NCBI GenBank assembly: GCA_976551045.1
Contig: CDPCPM010000571.1
Location: 682,001-746,000, forward strand
Length of the DNA stretch: 64,000 nucleotides
Origin: Glaucostegus cemiculus
Taxonomy: Eukaryota
Reading direction: 5' to 3'
Shown: piece after piece, positions 12,295-24,003 of the stretch
How positions within the stretch are numbered: position 1 is the first letter of the stretch
Layout of the letters: each line of letters begins with the position of its first letter
Notes under the pieces: model-generated
Told to the model about the DNA's origin: nothing
The model's database searches: none
What the model saw: the letters and a program-made list of their open reading frames with translations, nothing else
Made by a program: the position numbers and the translations under genes

Positions 12295-12770
12295 AAGATG
12301 TTGGAGCCAGTGTGGGAACCGTGGACTGTCCCACAGGCAGGGCAGGAGGTGCCTGATGGGATAGGTGATCGGGCACTTTGGGAAGTGGTCTGCCCATTCT
12401 ACCCTGTCGGTCTTGAGGTTCTCAGTGCCAGTACCGAATGGATTTTGAGCAGTCGGAAGCCAAGAATTTCCAGCAACCAGTGGGGATGTTACAATTTTTC
12501 TCGGAGTTTACGGGAACATCCTTGAATCTTCTGCCCGCTGGGTAGACACTTTGTGTGACAGAGCTCAGAATAACGTGTCTGTTTTGGAAGTCAAGCGTCA
12601 GGCTTGTGAACAATGTGGCCTACTCAACAGAGCTGACCAGTGTAATTAGGGTCTCAGTCCTTCTTGACATTGACCCGGGAGAGGACATTGATGTTGGTTT
12701 ATTTACTCCACCGGAGGATTTTGCTGGAATCTCTCCAATGCTTTGAGCTTCCGGCTACAGAGAGTCCATG
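12295..12770 (-). mobile_element. Degenerate RTE-clade LINE ORF C-terminus
   Basis: RRFKDVPVNSEKNCNIPTGCWKFLASDCSK resembles the RTE 'KRFKDxLKxxLKxCxIxxxxWExLAxDR' motif. Confidence 0.65.
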
Positions 12771-13214
12771 GCTCTGATGCATGCAAGAGTGCAGGGATCA
12801 CTGCTGTTTGGTAGACTGTTTTCTACCAGGTCTGAGGCCTCAACTTTCTATCCTGCCAACCCAAGAGGGATACGTTTATTCCCTCACTGCCTCCTGTCTG
12901 TTCTCAGTCTGTGCCAGTATGTTTCACACAATTCCATGTGCTCTAACCTTGCTGACCAACCTCCTGTGTAGAACCTTATTGAAAACCTTTCAAAAATCTA
13001 AGTACATCATATCCACTGTCAAACCCTTAAAGGACTCCAGTGGATTAGTCAAATAAGATCCACGTTTCATAACTCCACGGTAATTCTGCCCAAGGCTATT
13101 AGACGATTCTAGATCAAAAATAGAAACATTCAGCAGGGAGGGCAGCATCTGTGGAGAAAGAAATTAATGTTTCAGGTCGAAGATGTTTCCTTTAAAACAG
13201 AGAACGGGAGAAGT

Positions 13215-13392
13215 GGAGACACAAAAGACTGCAGAATCTGGAATCTGGAGTGAAAAACGAGCAGCTGGAGGAACTCAGCAGGTCAGGTAGCGTCTGTGGA
13301 GGGAAGTGGACATCTCGACCCCAGATGTTGATTGTCCATTTCCCTCCACAGACGCTGCCTGACCTGCTGTGTTCCTCCAGCAGCTTGCTTCT
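13215..13392. mobile_element. Penelope-derived fold-back element
   Basis: 49-bp inverted arms at 13264-13312 and 13333-13381; the loop retains a hammerhead remnant 'tctcgacccc'. Confidence 0.8.
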
Positions 13393-14611
13393 AAAAAGAG
13401 GGAAGACAAATTAGTTTTAAGTTGCAGAGACGGTGGAGGAGGGAGGGATGGGTAGGACAAAGGGAATACCTCTGATGGGGTGAGTCCAGGTTACTGTGGG
13501 GATAAGCCGTTGACAACGTTGTCTAGTTGATAGGTTATTGAGGGGAATATAGCGAGAGAGAATACCAAAAAAGGGATGTAAAAGCTGTGAAATGCAGAGC
13601 TATCTGGCTCACCAGAAGGCACAACTGAGCTTGTTGTTTCAGGTTTCCTGCATCCACAGTATTTTTTTTAATACTAATTCTTTTTTTTGGTGTTCTGTTA
13701 TTACATCCTTAGTGACAGATCCCAGCATTTTCTTACCACGGACGTCACAAGGCTGTAATTTCCTGCTTTCTTTCTCCCTATCTCTCTTGCTTTGTAAACA
13801 GTAGGATCACATTTGCTATCTGCCTTTCTACAGGAACCATTCTGGAATCTATTGAATGTTAAATAATGATGAACAAACACTCTCTCTGCAGCCTTCTCTT
13901 TCAAAGTTCTCTTGATATAGATCATCTATCAATGGGATTTATTGGCTTTCACTCTCACCAGCTTCTCTGGTACTTCTTTCACTGAGACTAATTTCCTTCA
14001 TTCTCAATAGACCCTGGTATTACTGGCAGGATTTTTGCATCTTCTTCCATGAAGGCAGACACATAGTATTTGTTTAATTCCTCTGCTGTTTCCTTATTCC
14101 CTGTCTTTGCTTGTAAGGGACCCATATTATTCCTTGCTAGTCTTTTCCTTTTTACATACCTATTAAAACTCTAGCATTCCTCATGTCCTTCCTTCCCTTT
14201 CTATATCAGTTTCTTGCTCTTCCTTTCCTGAGTTTGAAAATGTTCCCGATCCTCCTGCTTATCGCTATCTCTGACTGTTTTATAAGCCTCTTCTTTCGAA
14301 TTAATACTGTCTTCAATTCCTCCTGTCAGCCATGGATGGGATGCTTGTCCTGTTGGGATTTTATGCTATGAAGGATTTATTTTTTAACAAATCATGCACT
14401 ATTTTTAAATGCAAGCCATTGCCTGTCCATCATCATATCGTTTAATGAAGTTTACTAATCAACCAGAACTGTAATCTCTGCTCATCCCTTCATAGTTTCT
14501 TTATTTGGGTTTAAGACCCTTGTGTAAAATTCTGTCATATTAAACTCACTCTTCCCTACAAGCTTCTTTACAGCTAGATATTTCATCAATCTTTCTCATT
14601 GTACAATACTA

Positions 14612-14905
14612 GGTAGTGTGGCATTTAGCATAGCGCTTTACAGCACCAGTGACCCGGGTTCAAATCCGGCCACTGTCTGTAAAGAGTTTGCATGCTCTCC
14701 CAATGTCTGCGTGGGTTTCCTCCGGGTGCTCTGGTTCTCTCCCACATTCCAAAGACGTACGGGTTAGGAAGCTGTGGGCGTGCTATGTTGGCGCCGGAAG
14801 CATGGCGACATTTGCGGGCTGTCCCTAGAACACTCCTCGCAAAAAGATGTATTTCACTGTGTGTTTTGATGTACATGTGACTAATAAAGATATAACTTAT
14901 CTTAA
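14612..14905 (+). mobile_element. V-SINE subfamily A (Rex1-like tail)
   Basis: A/B boxes, V core and tail 'tttcactgtgtgttttgatgtacatgtgactaataaa'. Confidence 0.9.
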
Positions 14906-15265
14906 AATTGCCTTTTTCCAAGTTGGCTTACCCATATATTGACCTGGAAAAACATCTCTTCTACATACCAGGTATTTGCCTTCCACCTTATTACTACTAA
15001 TATGACTTATCCAGTCTATTTGTAACATATGCCCCAATTACAAGCACCTCTAAGCTCCTGCGGCCAATCATACAATTACTCTTTGGTATCATTGACTTGC
15101 ATGCCATTATGCCGGAGAAACGGAGGATGACTTTCTGAGGACATCCACATTTTGTGAGGATGCTGTATAGTCCCTCTCGCCAGAATGAGTCAAAGGCTTT
15201 TGCGAATGTATAACGGTTAATGTTGCCCCCTGCACTATGGTGTTAAAATTGCCACCTTGCTGCAG

Positions 15266-15546
15266 ATGAGGGGGCATAACTTTAAGCTGATTGGAGGAAG
15301 GTAAAAGGGGGATGTCAGAGGTACGTTTTTTACACAGAGAGTGGTGGGTGCGTGGAACGCACTGCCGGCAGAGGTTGGCGGGCCAGGTACATTCGAGACT
15401 CTTAGGTAGCCACATGAATGATAGAAAAATGGAGGGCTATGTGGGAGGGAAGGGATAGATCAATATTAGAGCAGGACAAAACATCAACACATCGTGGGCT
15501 GAAGGGCCTGTGCTGTGCAGTAATATTCTACGTTCTATGTTCTATT
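15266..15546 (+). mobile_element. CR1 3' fragment
   Basis: RGHNFKLIGGR...FFTQRVVGAWNALP and a (TTCTATG)n tail. Confidence 0.85.
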
Positions 15547-15789
15547 TTGGTTCATGTAGAAGCCGGATTGGGGAAGGATGCCACTTTTGCTCACCTGAAG
15601 GTCATTTGTTAACCAGATAATTGGTTATGACAATCCAGTAGTTTGTATTTTTGTAAAATTCCAGATTGTTTTTAACTGCATTTAAATTCCGTAACTGTGA
15701 TATTGGGATTTAACTGGGTCTGTGAATTGTTAGTCCTGTCTCTGGGTTATTAGCTTGACAGCTCTATATAAAGAAGGGGTTTGGGGTGA

Positions 15790-16100
15790 AGAAGGATAAA
15801 GCACTTTCTAAAATCCTCAAGCCATTGCAAGATATTTCCCAGCCAAGTAACTACCTCTGTTACAGAAGCAAGAGTGGTAAGACAGCAGGGGAATAATAAC
15901 CAGATCATCTACTTTATGTGGTATTGTTTGAGAGACATGGGGGAAAACTCCTAAGTTCTTTGAATAACGCGATTGTTTTTCATTCATCTACCTAAGAGGG
16001 TAGATAGGTTTCAAATGTGTTTGAGTATCAGCTAATATATTGTGTCCAAGTCTCAGAGGCGGAATTTGAATCTTACAAACCTCTGACGCTCAGGTAAGAG
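15790..16100 (-). mobile_element. Degenerate Deu-core SINE
   Basis: Head 'ttgaatcttacaaacctctgacgctcaggtaagag' and Deu-like body, both antisense. Confidence 0.5.
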
Positions 16101-16334
16101 TACCCTCTGTTTAAGGACAATGTACATAGTTTATTGTTGGATGTATTTGCTAGAATTGTGTGAATAATACCCTGATGGTCTGTTGTGTAGCTCTGATGCA
16201 TTCATCTGCTTTGCTGGTATAATAAGCTGGGTCTTTTGACAGGTGATTCTAGTGTTCCATTCTGTTGGTGAATCTGCAGATAACAAAGCAGTCTGTGCCT
16301 GCCTGCACAACGTCCAAGGCACCGTTCAGTAAAT

Positions 16335-16470
16335 GAGGATCAAAATCTGAAATAAAAGTAGAAAATACTGGAAACACTCAGCAGTCAGGCAGCATGGGTG
16401 GAGGGAGAAACAGCTGTTTTAGCTTGAAGACACTTTGATAGTGTTTCCAGCATTTTCTGATTTCGTTCAG
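16335..16470. mobile_element. Penelope-like pLTR fragment with inverted termini
   Basis: 'agaaaatactggaaacact' is the near-inverse of 'agtgtttccagcattttct'. Confidence 0.6.
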
Positions 16471-17430
16471 GAGACTACTCAGGTATGGGCTGATAGTGGC
16501 AAATATCTCTGGTCACACCCTCCCACAACTCTTACCTCTCAGGGCAGTCCGTGGTATTATGATAAATCCTCCATTATTTATTCAAAGCATTGGGAGAATG
16601 ATCTTGGTCACACGTACCATATGATCTTGGTAATACGTGATCTGTGTAGGCAGCGCAAGCTTCACCATTTTATTGCAGTCATGAGTCAGGTAAATGATTC
16701 CTTTGAACTATATCATTAGGTGCCTTGGATAAAGAGACTCCTGTGTGCCTACAGTCAAGATGTCCTCTCTAAGGTCATGCCCAGTCAAAAGACCTCAGAA
16801 TCAGGTTTATTATCACTGACTTGGATGACACGAAATGTTGACGTGAAAAATGACGTGAGCTTGAAGGGTACAGCAGAGACATCCAAGATTTTTAAAAATG
16901 TGATGGCCTGTTGTGGCTTTCATTATGCAAAACAATAGATGGAGTTGCCAAGTCATATATTTTGACAGTGCCTTCAATACCCTAGGACCAATGTTGCTCT
17001 GCAGGATCAATATCAGACAACGACTCACACTGGGTCACCTAAGGGGATAGAGCAGGTGAGCAAAAGCTGGGCCAAAGAGGTGGGGGATTCTTAAAAGAGG
17101 AGAGAAGGTGTTTTAGGAAGGAATTCTGGAGTTCAGCTCAGTTTGTGGCCATTAATAGTAGCATATCAGAAGCCAAGGATGCATCAGTCAAGATGAACAT
17201 CTCACTTCCTCTGATCTGCAGGTGCTGAGACATTCCTTGTTGTCCTTATGTGCCCTGTACTTTGGGGAGCTGGTGCGCAAAGCAGTAAGAGGGAAAAATC
17301 AGAGCCAGTGCCCAGATGCCCCAGTTTCTGCCCCCAGCATCCCATTACCTGGTGGGATACAAATGAAAAGTCACTTGTCCTGGACTCCTGCTGCTGTCTG
17401 ACCTGCCTCAGGGAAGATGTTTTCCTCCAG

Positions 17431-17552
17431 GAGTTTCCGACCTTGAAGCGAATGGTGGGACACGTGTTATCGTTCTGGGTCAGAAGCGTCCAGCAGGATC
17501 TGAAAGTTGGGTCTTCAGCTGACGGGGTTGCATTGCGTGGTGAAGTTGGGAG
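17431..17552 (+). other. Candidate 122-nt exon (possibly non-coding)
   Basis: tgttttcctccag acceptor and GAG|GTAAGT donor in unique sequence; no protein recognised. Confidence 0.2.
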
Positions 17553-18491
17553 GTAAGTAGAGCGGATGCCCATCAGAACTTGCCCAGTGAGTTGGGTTAG
17601 ATTATTTCCAACTCCTCCCACCCTCCCTGGGGATGTCCATGTCCCAGCTTTGACACTGTTCACCTTCATTCATTTGAAAGGGAAGTATGTGGGCTAAAAA
17701 CAAACAAGGGGCAGTAAAGGTTATGTCCGTGGACTGCTTGAGGCACTGATTAAATAGGTTATACCACAGGCCAAAAATGTAAAAGGTTCTTTACCCATTC
17801 GCCCCTTCCCGCCCCTTTCAGTTCCACTGTCAGGTCACAACTGAGGTCCCACCAAACCAGTCGTCTTGTAAATGTTGTCTTCAAACAACTTGCAGGTCCA
17901 GCCTGCCTCAGTCTTCTCTCTGCATGGACACCATCACTGTGCATTTCTCTGTCCCCTCCTTATCTCCATGTTGTTCCCTTCCTGTGTTGTGCATTTCCAA
18001 AGCTCCCGGAGAAAGAGATTTATGTAGAAAGCCTCAGACGATTCAAGGGGCATTTCTGCCAATTAAGGTCTTCAGGTGTAGCCACTGTTACAATATAGTA
18101 AGCACAGCAAGATCCCACAGAAAATATCACCGGGAAGCCTTGAATTCCTCCCAATTCTGACGCCCTCGACCAGTTGGTGGTGGGGTCCCTTCTTAAACTG
18201 TTGCACCTCCTTTCTCTGAGGTACTCACACGGAAAGTTAGGCAGAGAGTTCCTGTCATTGACCCAACAATGACAAAGGAATGACATATTTCCCCAAAACA
18301 GTGATTTTTCATTTGACCAGAGTTTGCAGATTGTAGTGTTCCCATGTATGTGCCTGTTGCTTTTGTTCTTCCTGGTGTTGAGGCCTTGGGTTTAGAAGGC
18401 AATGTCAAGGAAGCCTTGCCAAGTTGCTATGGTACCTTTAATTGATGGGACACACTGCAGTGGCAGAGGGAATGAATCTTTAGATGTTTAG

Positions 18492-19030
18492 ATGAGTGAG
18501 TCTGCATTGAAAGGGGTAATACTGAGGGAGTCTGTACTGAAAGGGTTAGTGCCAAAGGAGTCTGTACTGCAAGGGTTAATCCTGAGGGAGTCTGTACTGA
18601 AAGGGTTAGTGCCAATGGAGTCTGTACTGAAAGGGTTAGTGCTGAAGGAGTCTGTACTGAAAGGGTTAATTCTGAGGGAGTCTGTACTGAAAGGGTTAGT
18701 GCCCAAGGAGTCTATACTGAAAGGGTTAGTGCTGAGCACTGTGCTGATCAAGGGTTAAAATTAAGGGATTGCTGTATGGGTTAGTCCTGTGAGACTGCTA
18801 CACCCTCGAAGGGTTAATGCTGGTTGTGTGCTGTACTATCAATGTGTGAGTGCGGAGTGAGTGATGTACTGTCAAAGGGTTAGTACTTAGGGGGCACAGC
18901 ACAGACAAGCGGTTAGAATGGGAAAGGCTTGTACTCTCCAAGGGTTGGTACTGAGCTTGGTCTGTACTCTCATAGAGTTGGCACTGAGGAAGTATGGCAA
19001 ACGGTTAATGGAGGCAGTGCTCCACTGTCA
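18492..19030. repeat. 30-bp tandem repeat (clean 18500-18757) decaying into about 32-bp units
   Basis: Unit GAGTCTGTACTGAAAGGGTTAGTGCCAAAG with alternating variants. Confidence 0.92.
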
Positions 19031-20013
19031 GTGACCTGTTAGACATAATGTTACACCGAGGTCCTGGTTCTGTCTCCGATGGATGATCAAGGGAGGGGTA
19101 TCATCCCCTCCCTCCACATCACTGTATTCAAATAAGCACCTCAGTTCTACTTCCCTTGAGCTGCTGTGTGTAACCTGTAAAACAATGACCACAGTGTACA
19201 GGCTGTGTTGTGCTCTGGGGCTTCCTGAGAGTGGGAAGGCATGAGTCTTTCTCTGTGTGACGCCGACACGGAGATGAGGGAAGAACAGGTGGGATAAAGT
19301 TCTGCTCAACGACCGGAAGAACTCGTCCAGGAGTCCTGTGGCCAGAAGTGGTGAGAGCAACGCGAGGCTTATCAGCCCTCCCTGCCTCAACTAACTCTCG
19401 TGAACTCTGCCCCACCCACAGCCCAATGCTGGTGCGAACTCCAACCTGGACTGTGCATCTCCAGAGTTCCCTGAAACCTCTGCTGCTGTACCTCAGCCTT
19501 GGCACAACTTCCCACGGGGCCAGCAGTCAGTGTCTCCCAGTCCTTCTCCACCGCATTTGGGGCTCCCGAACGGTGGGCACTGGCCCTCATCTTGGCTCCT
19601 TCCAGTCTGACAGTTGCCTGCGCAGATCCGCTTTAATTCTGTGCACGCAGTTGGGGAGAGGTGCTATCTGCTGAGAGCCTTCTGTGCATTAGACCTGCCT
19701 CCTGCACAGACTCATTTCACACCTGCCTTTTCAGCATTGGCCGAGAGATGGAGATGAGGGAGCGACCGGGGACTAGGAGGAGGGGAGGAGCAGGGGACAG
19801 ATGGAGGAGGAGGGTGGAGGGGGGGTTTGGGCGGTGAGGGAGGAGGGGGTAGGGAGGTGGAAAACAGCCAAGTTGATGCTGTGACAATTGTCCTGTTTGA
19901 TTTCCTGTTCTGCGTGAGGGTAGCAGTGAGCCGTGAAGGGCAGTTGTCATTCACTCTCCTCCACACCTGCCACTCTCGCCGGTTTTTGAGAACTGGTTGC
20001 CCCTCACGGCTTA

Positions 20014-20311
20014 GGCACGGTAGTGTAGCGGTTAGCGTGACGCTATTACAGCGCCAGCGACCTCGGTTCAATTCCTGCCGCTGTCTGTAAGGAGTTTGTA
20101 CGCGCTCTCCCCGTGTCTGCGTGGGTTTCCTCCGGGTGCTCCGGTTTCCTCCCACATTCCAAAGACGTACAGGTTCGGAAGTCGTGGGCGTGCTATGTTG
20201 GCGCCGGAAGCGTGGCGACACTTGCGGGCTGTTCCCCCCAGAACACTCTGCGCAAAAGATGTATTTCACTGTGTGTTTTGATGTACATGTGACTGATAAA
20301 AAGATAACTTA
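20014..20311 (+). mobile_element. V-SINE subfamily A, full length
   Basis: Near-consensus head, core and tail. Confidence 0.92.
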
Positions 20312-21071
20312 AAAACTGCTGCTGCATCTTCCCCCCACCCCCCACCACATAAAGACCGTTCCTTCTTGGGCATGGCGTTTATTGCCCATTACCCCTGGGT
20401 GCTATCTCCTCTGATTACTGGTGGCTGGTTGACCCAACTGGGTGCTCCGGGAGGCCACCTTATCGGCCACGCCGGTGTGGAATTGGAGTCACATCAGGCC
20501 AACTAAGGGAGGTTTCCTTTCCTGGAACAGTCCATGAACCGGATGGCAGTTTCTGATGTTGGACTGATTGGTGGTCACTTCTATTGACACCAGCCTTTCA
20601 TTGACTTGAAGCAACCTTCAGCCTCAGATTCCCACTGTGGGACTGAGCCCGTTCTGTGGATCACTGGAGCCCAACACCAACATCAGTGCTCGTAAGGAGG
20701 AGCCATCTTCCTATGGGAGTTCCGTCAAATCCAGGGGTAGGACAGGGTCATAGTGTCACAGAGTCATACAGCACAGAAGCAGCTGCTTCAGCCCACCGAG
20801 TCCACGGCCAACCTCTTTGTCCGTCTACCCTGATCCCAATTCCATGCATTAGGTCTGTATCCCCCTGTGCCTTGATATGCAAGAACCTGTCCAAATGTCT
20901 CTTAAACGTAGTAATTGTATCAGATTCCACCACCTCCTCTGGCAGCGAGTTCCAGACGTCAACAACTCTCTGCATGATAAAATGTAGCCCTCAGATTCTT
21001 TTTAAAACTCCTTCTTCTCGCCTTAAATCTATGCCCTCATGGGAAAAAAAGACCGTGACCATCTAACCTGC

Positions 21072-21360
21072 GGCATGATAGCGTGGCGGTTAGCATAACA
21101 CTATTACAGCACCAGCGACCCGGGTTCAATTCCTGCCGCTGTCTGTGAGGAGTTTGTACCTTCTCCCCGTGTCTGCGTGGGTTTCCTCCGGGTGCTCTGG
21201 TTTCCTTCCACATTCCAAAGACGTACGGGTTAGGAACTGTAGGCGTGCTGTGTTGGCGCTGGAAGCGTGGCGACACTTGCGGGCTGCCCCCCAGTAACGT
21301 AAAAAGAAGCATTTCACTATGTGTTTCGATGTACATGTGACTAACAAATAAATATCTTAA
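21072..21360 (+). mobile_element. V-SINE subfamily A
   Basis: Full head, core and tail. Confidence 0.9.
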
Positions 21361-21447
21361 ACTAACTGTGCCTCTCATAACCTTGTATACCTCTGTCAGT
21401 TCACCCCTCACCTCCTTCACTTCAGGTCAAAACAAGCCCGGACTATC

Positions 21448-21722
21448 AGGTTTAAGGTGCTGGGAAGTAGATATAGAGGAGGTGTCAGGGGTAAATTTTT
21501 TACTCAGAGAGTGGTGAGTGGGTGGAATGGGCTGCCGGAAGCAGTGGTGGAGGCGGATACGATGGGGTCTTTCAAGAGACGGTTAGATAGGTACATGGAG
21601 CTGAGTGGAATAGAGGGCTATGGGTAAGCCTAGTAATTTCTAGTGCAGGGACATGTTCGGCACAGCTTTGTGGGCCGAAGGGCCTGAATTGTGCTGTAGG
21701 TTTTCTATGTTCTATGTTCTAT
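21448..21722 (+). mobile_element. Young CR1 (same subfamily as 840-1547)
   Basis: Close match to 1279-1547; CTATC at both junctions (21443-21447, 21719-21723). Confidence 0.92.
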
Positions 21723-22239
21723 CCAATCTTTCCCCATAACTAAAGTCCTCCAATCCAGGCAGCATCCTGGTGAATCTGCCCTGCACTCTCTCCAGTGCAA
21801 TGAGGAGGGAGAGGTGGCAGGAGGGTGCCTGTTATTGTACTGTGTTGCTTGGCACATGGTTGTATCAGAAGAGGACAGATGTCCTCCATCTCCGGATATA
21901 GGGCAGTCACGCTCTCTCTGCTCCTTGTCTTGGATGCTGACCAATTATTCCAGCAGGGAACAACCATTCCGACATCTCATCACAGCAGCCCAGACCCTGC
22001 AGTCTGCTTCTGACCCCAATACCCCTGGTAAATATTCATTCTTGAGGTGAGGGTGACTTGGGCAAGGGGGCACATGCCCGCCCGTGGGTGAGAAGGTGGC
22101 AGGGAGCGACAGTGGACGGCCACAGTCTGTGGGGTGAAGTTGCTCCCACTGTGCTGCTGGGTGCAGCGTTAAAAATCTGGACGGAAGAACAGCCAGTCGG
22201 TGCCATGGAGCTGGAGTGTGTCAGGGAACAGGGGCAGTG

Positions 22240-22940
22240 GCAGTAGGAGTGTGACAGGGAATGGCAGTGAGGGTGGGGCTGTGACAGAGCGCTGGTGGGG
22301 ATGTGACAGGGAACGGTGGTGAGGGTGGGGGTGTGAGAGAACAATGGTGGGGGTGGGGGTGTGACAGGGACCAGTGGTGGGGTTGGGGTGTGATGGGGAC
22401 CAGTGGTGGAGGTGGGGTGGGGGTGTGAGAACAGTGGGGGTGTGATGGGGAACAGTGGTGGGGGTGGGTTGGGGCTGTGAGAACGATGGTGGGGGTGGGG
22501 GTGTGATGGGGAGCAGTGGTGGAGGTGGGGTGGGGGTGTGAGTACAGTGGGGGTGTGATGGGGAGTTGTGGTGGGGGTGAGTTGGGGGTGTGAGAGAATG
22601 ATGGTGGGGGTGGGGATGTGATGGGGAGCAGTGGTGGGGGTGGGGGTGCGATGGGGAACAGCGCTGGGGGCCGGGTGGGGGTGTAAGAGAACGACGGTGG
22701 GGGTGGGGGGGTGAGAGAATGGTGCTGGGGGTGGGGGTGTAAGAGAACGACGGTGGGGGTGTGAGAGAACGATGGTGGGGGTGGGGGTGTGACACAGAAC
22801 AGTGGTGGGGCTGGGGTGGGGGTGTGAGAGAACGACAGTGGGGGTGGGGGTGTGAGAGAACGATGGTGGGGGTGTGACACGGATCAGTGGTGGGGGTGGG
22901 GTGGGGGTGTGAGAGAATGGCGCTGGTGGCGGGGGGGGCG
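22240..22940. repeat. G-rich degenerate minisatellite (about 21-32-bp units)
   Basis: Repeats of 'gagaacgatggtgggggtgggggtgtga' and 'gggagcagtggtgg'; source of the Pro/His-rich antisense ORFs. Confidence 0.92.
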
Positions 22941-23610
22941 GTTGATGGGGACTGTCTTGGACTGTCACACTGTGAAGGTCACGTCCACTGTGTCTCTGGC
23001 TGGGCAGAACCAGCGCTGTGATTCGGGAGAAACTCTTTGGACAATGAGAGGGGGTGATGGGGGACAATCTGTGCCATGACCCCTCAGTAGTTACCAGCAG
23101 TTGGATTTGTCTCCTGATCTCTTTATCTGCTCTGTTAGTCTGCCTGTCAGTCACCCATCCCTTCCCTGCTGCCACTCTGCAGGGTGACCACCCCCAGAGA
23201 CACGTGATTCACAGAACACTCATCCATGGATAGATTCCAGCAACGTCAGCTGTTGCTCAAGCACCGAAGCATACAGCTCGAGCTCCTGCACTTGACAACA
23301 CTTCCAACACTCATGGCAACTCCTGGGGTTCCCAGATAGAATAGGATGGGCATTTCATTGGATGTGAGATGTCCTGCCATGCCTCCACTTCTGCCCAGTG
23401 AGTTAATTTAACAAAGAAACTCCCAGAACAACACCTCTTTCTGCCACTCACCAAAGAGTGATATTCTGTGGAGCTGGACTCCATGTTATGTCCTCTTCAC
23501 CTACTGATGTGGGTCACGCTGAGGTGGCCCCCAGTCCAGGTCGGTTGTCGGCTGCCATTAACTGCACCTTCTCCTGCCATTTCCTTCTGTTGTTTCTCCC
23601 TCTCTGACAC

Positions 23611-23645
<35 letters not shown>

Positions 23646-23759
23646 ACTCTCTATTTTTTCTGATCTGTATCTTTCTGTATTTCTCAGCCTTTCTCTGTTG
23701 CTGGCTCCTCCTCTGTCCATTTCTCAGCCTTGTATCTTACTCCCTGTCTATCCTGCCTT

Positions 23760-24003
23760 TTTTTAAATTTTTAAAATTTATTTGCAGCGTGGTAACAGGC
23801 CCTTTCGGCCCAACGAGTCTGCGCCGCCCATTTTAAACCCCCAAATTAACCTACCCGTACGTCTTTGGAAACCGGAGCACCCGGAGGAAACCCACGCAGA
23901 CATGGGAGAACGTACAAACTCCTTACAGTCAGCGACAGGAATCGAACCCCGATCGCTGGCGCTGTAACAGCGTCGCACTAACCGCTACGCTATCATGCCA
24001 CCC
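23760..24003 (-). mobile_element. V-SINE subfamily B
   Basis: Matches 9872-10141. Confidence 0.87.

Larger units (their letters stand above)
12880..15110 (-). mobile_element. Long degenerate CR1 ORF2 remnant, interrupted by PLE and SINE inserts
   Basis: Near 12960-13020 the minus strand reads VDMMYLDF*KVFNKVLH (RT motif DFxKAFDKV). Further CR1-like antisense sequence at 13800-15110. Confidence 0.6.
20750..21800 (-). mobile_element. CR1 3' fragment hosting two younger insertions
   Basis: QRVVDVWNSLPEEVVESDTITTFKRHLD; pieces at 20750-21065, 21360-21447 and 21723-21800. Confidence 0.8.

Noticed and set aside
17202-17669. 155-aa minus-strand ORF
   Set aside because: No recognisable domain and conflicting splice signals on both strands.
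18541-18760. Interstitial telomeric sequence
   Set aside because: Only one GGGTTA per 30-bp unit, not a hexamer array.
20014-20090. tRNA gene
   Set aside because: It is the tRNA-derived SINE head running directly into the V core, with no full cloverleaf or terminator.
22036-23175. 379-aa Pro/His/Thr-rich ORF (extensin- or mucin-like)
   Set aside because: It is the antisense of a G-rich minisatellite and is open in several frames.
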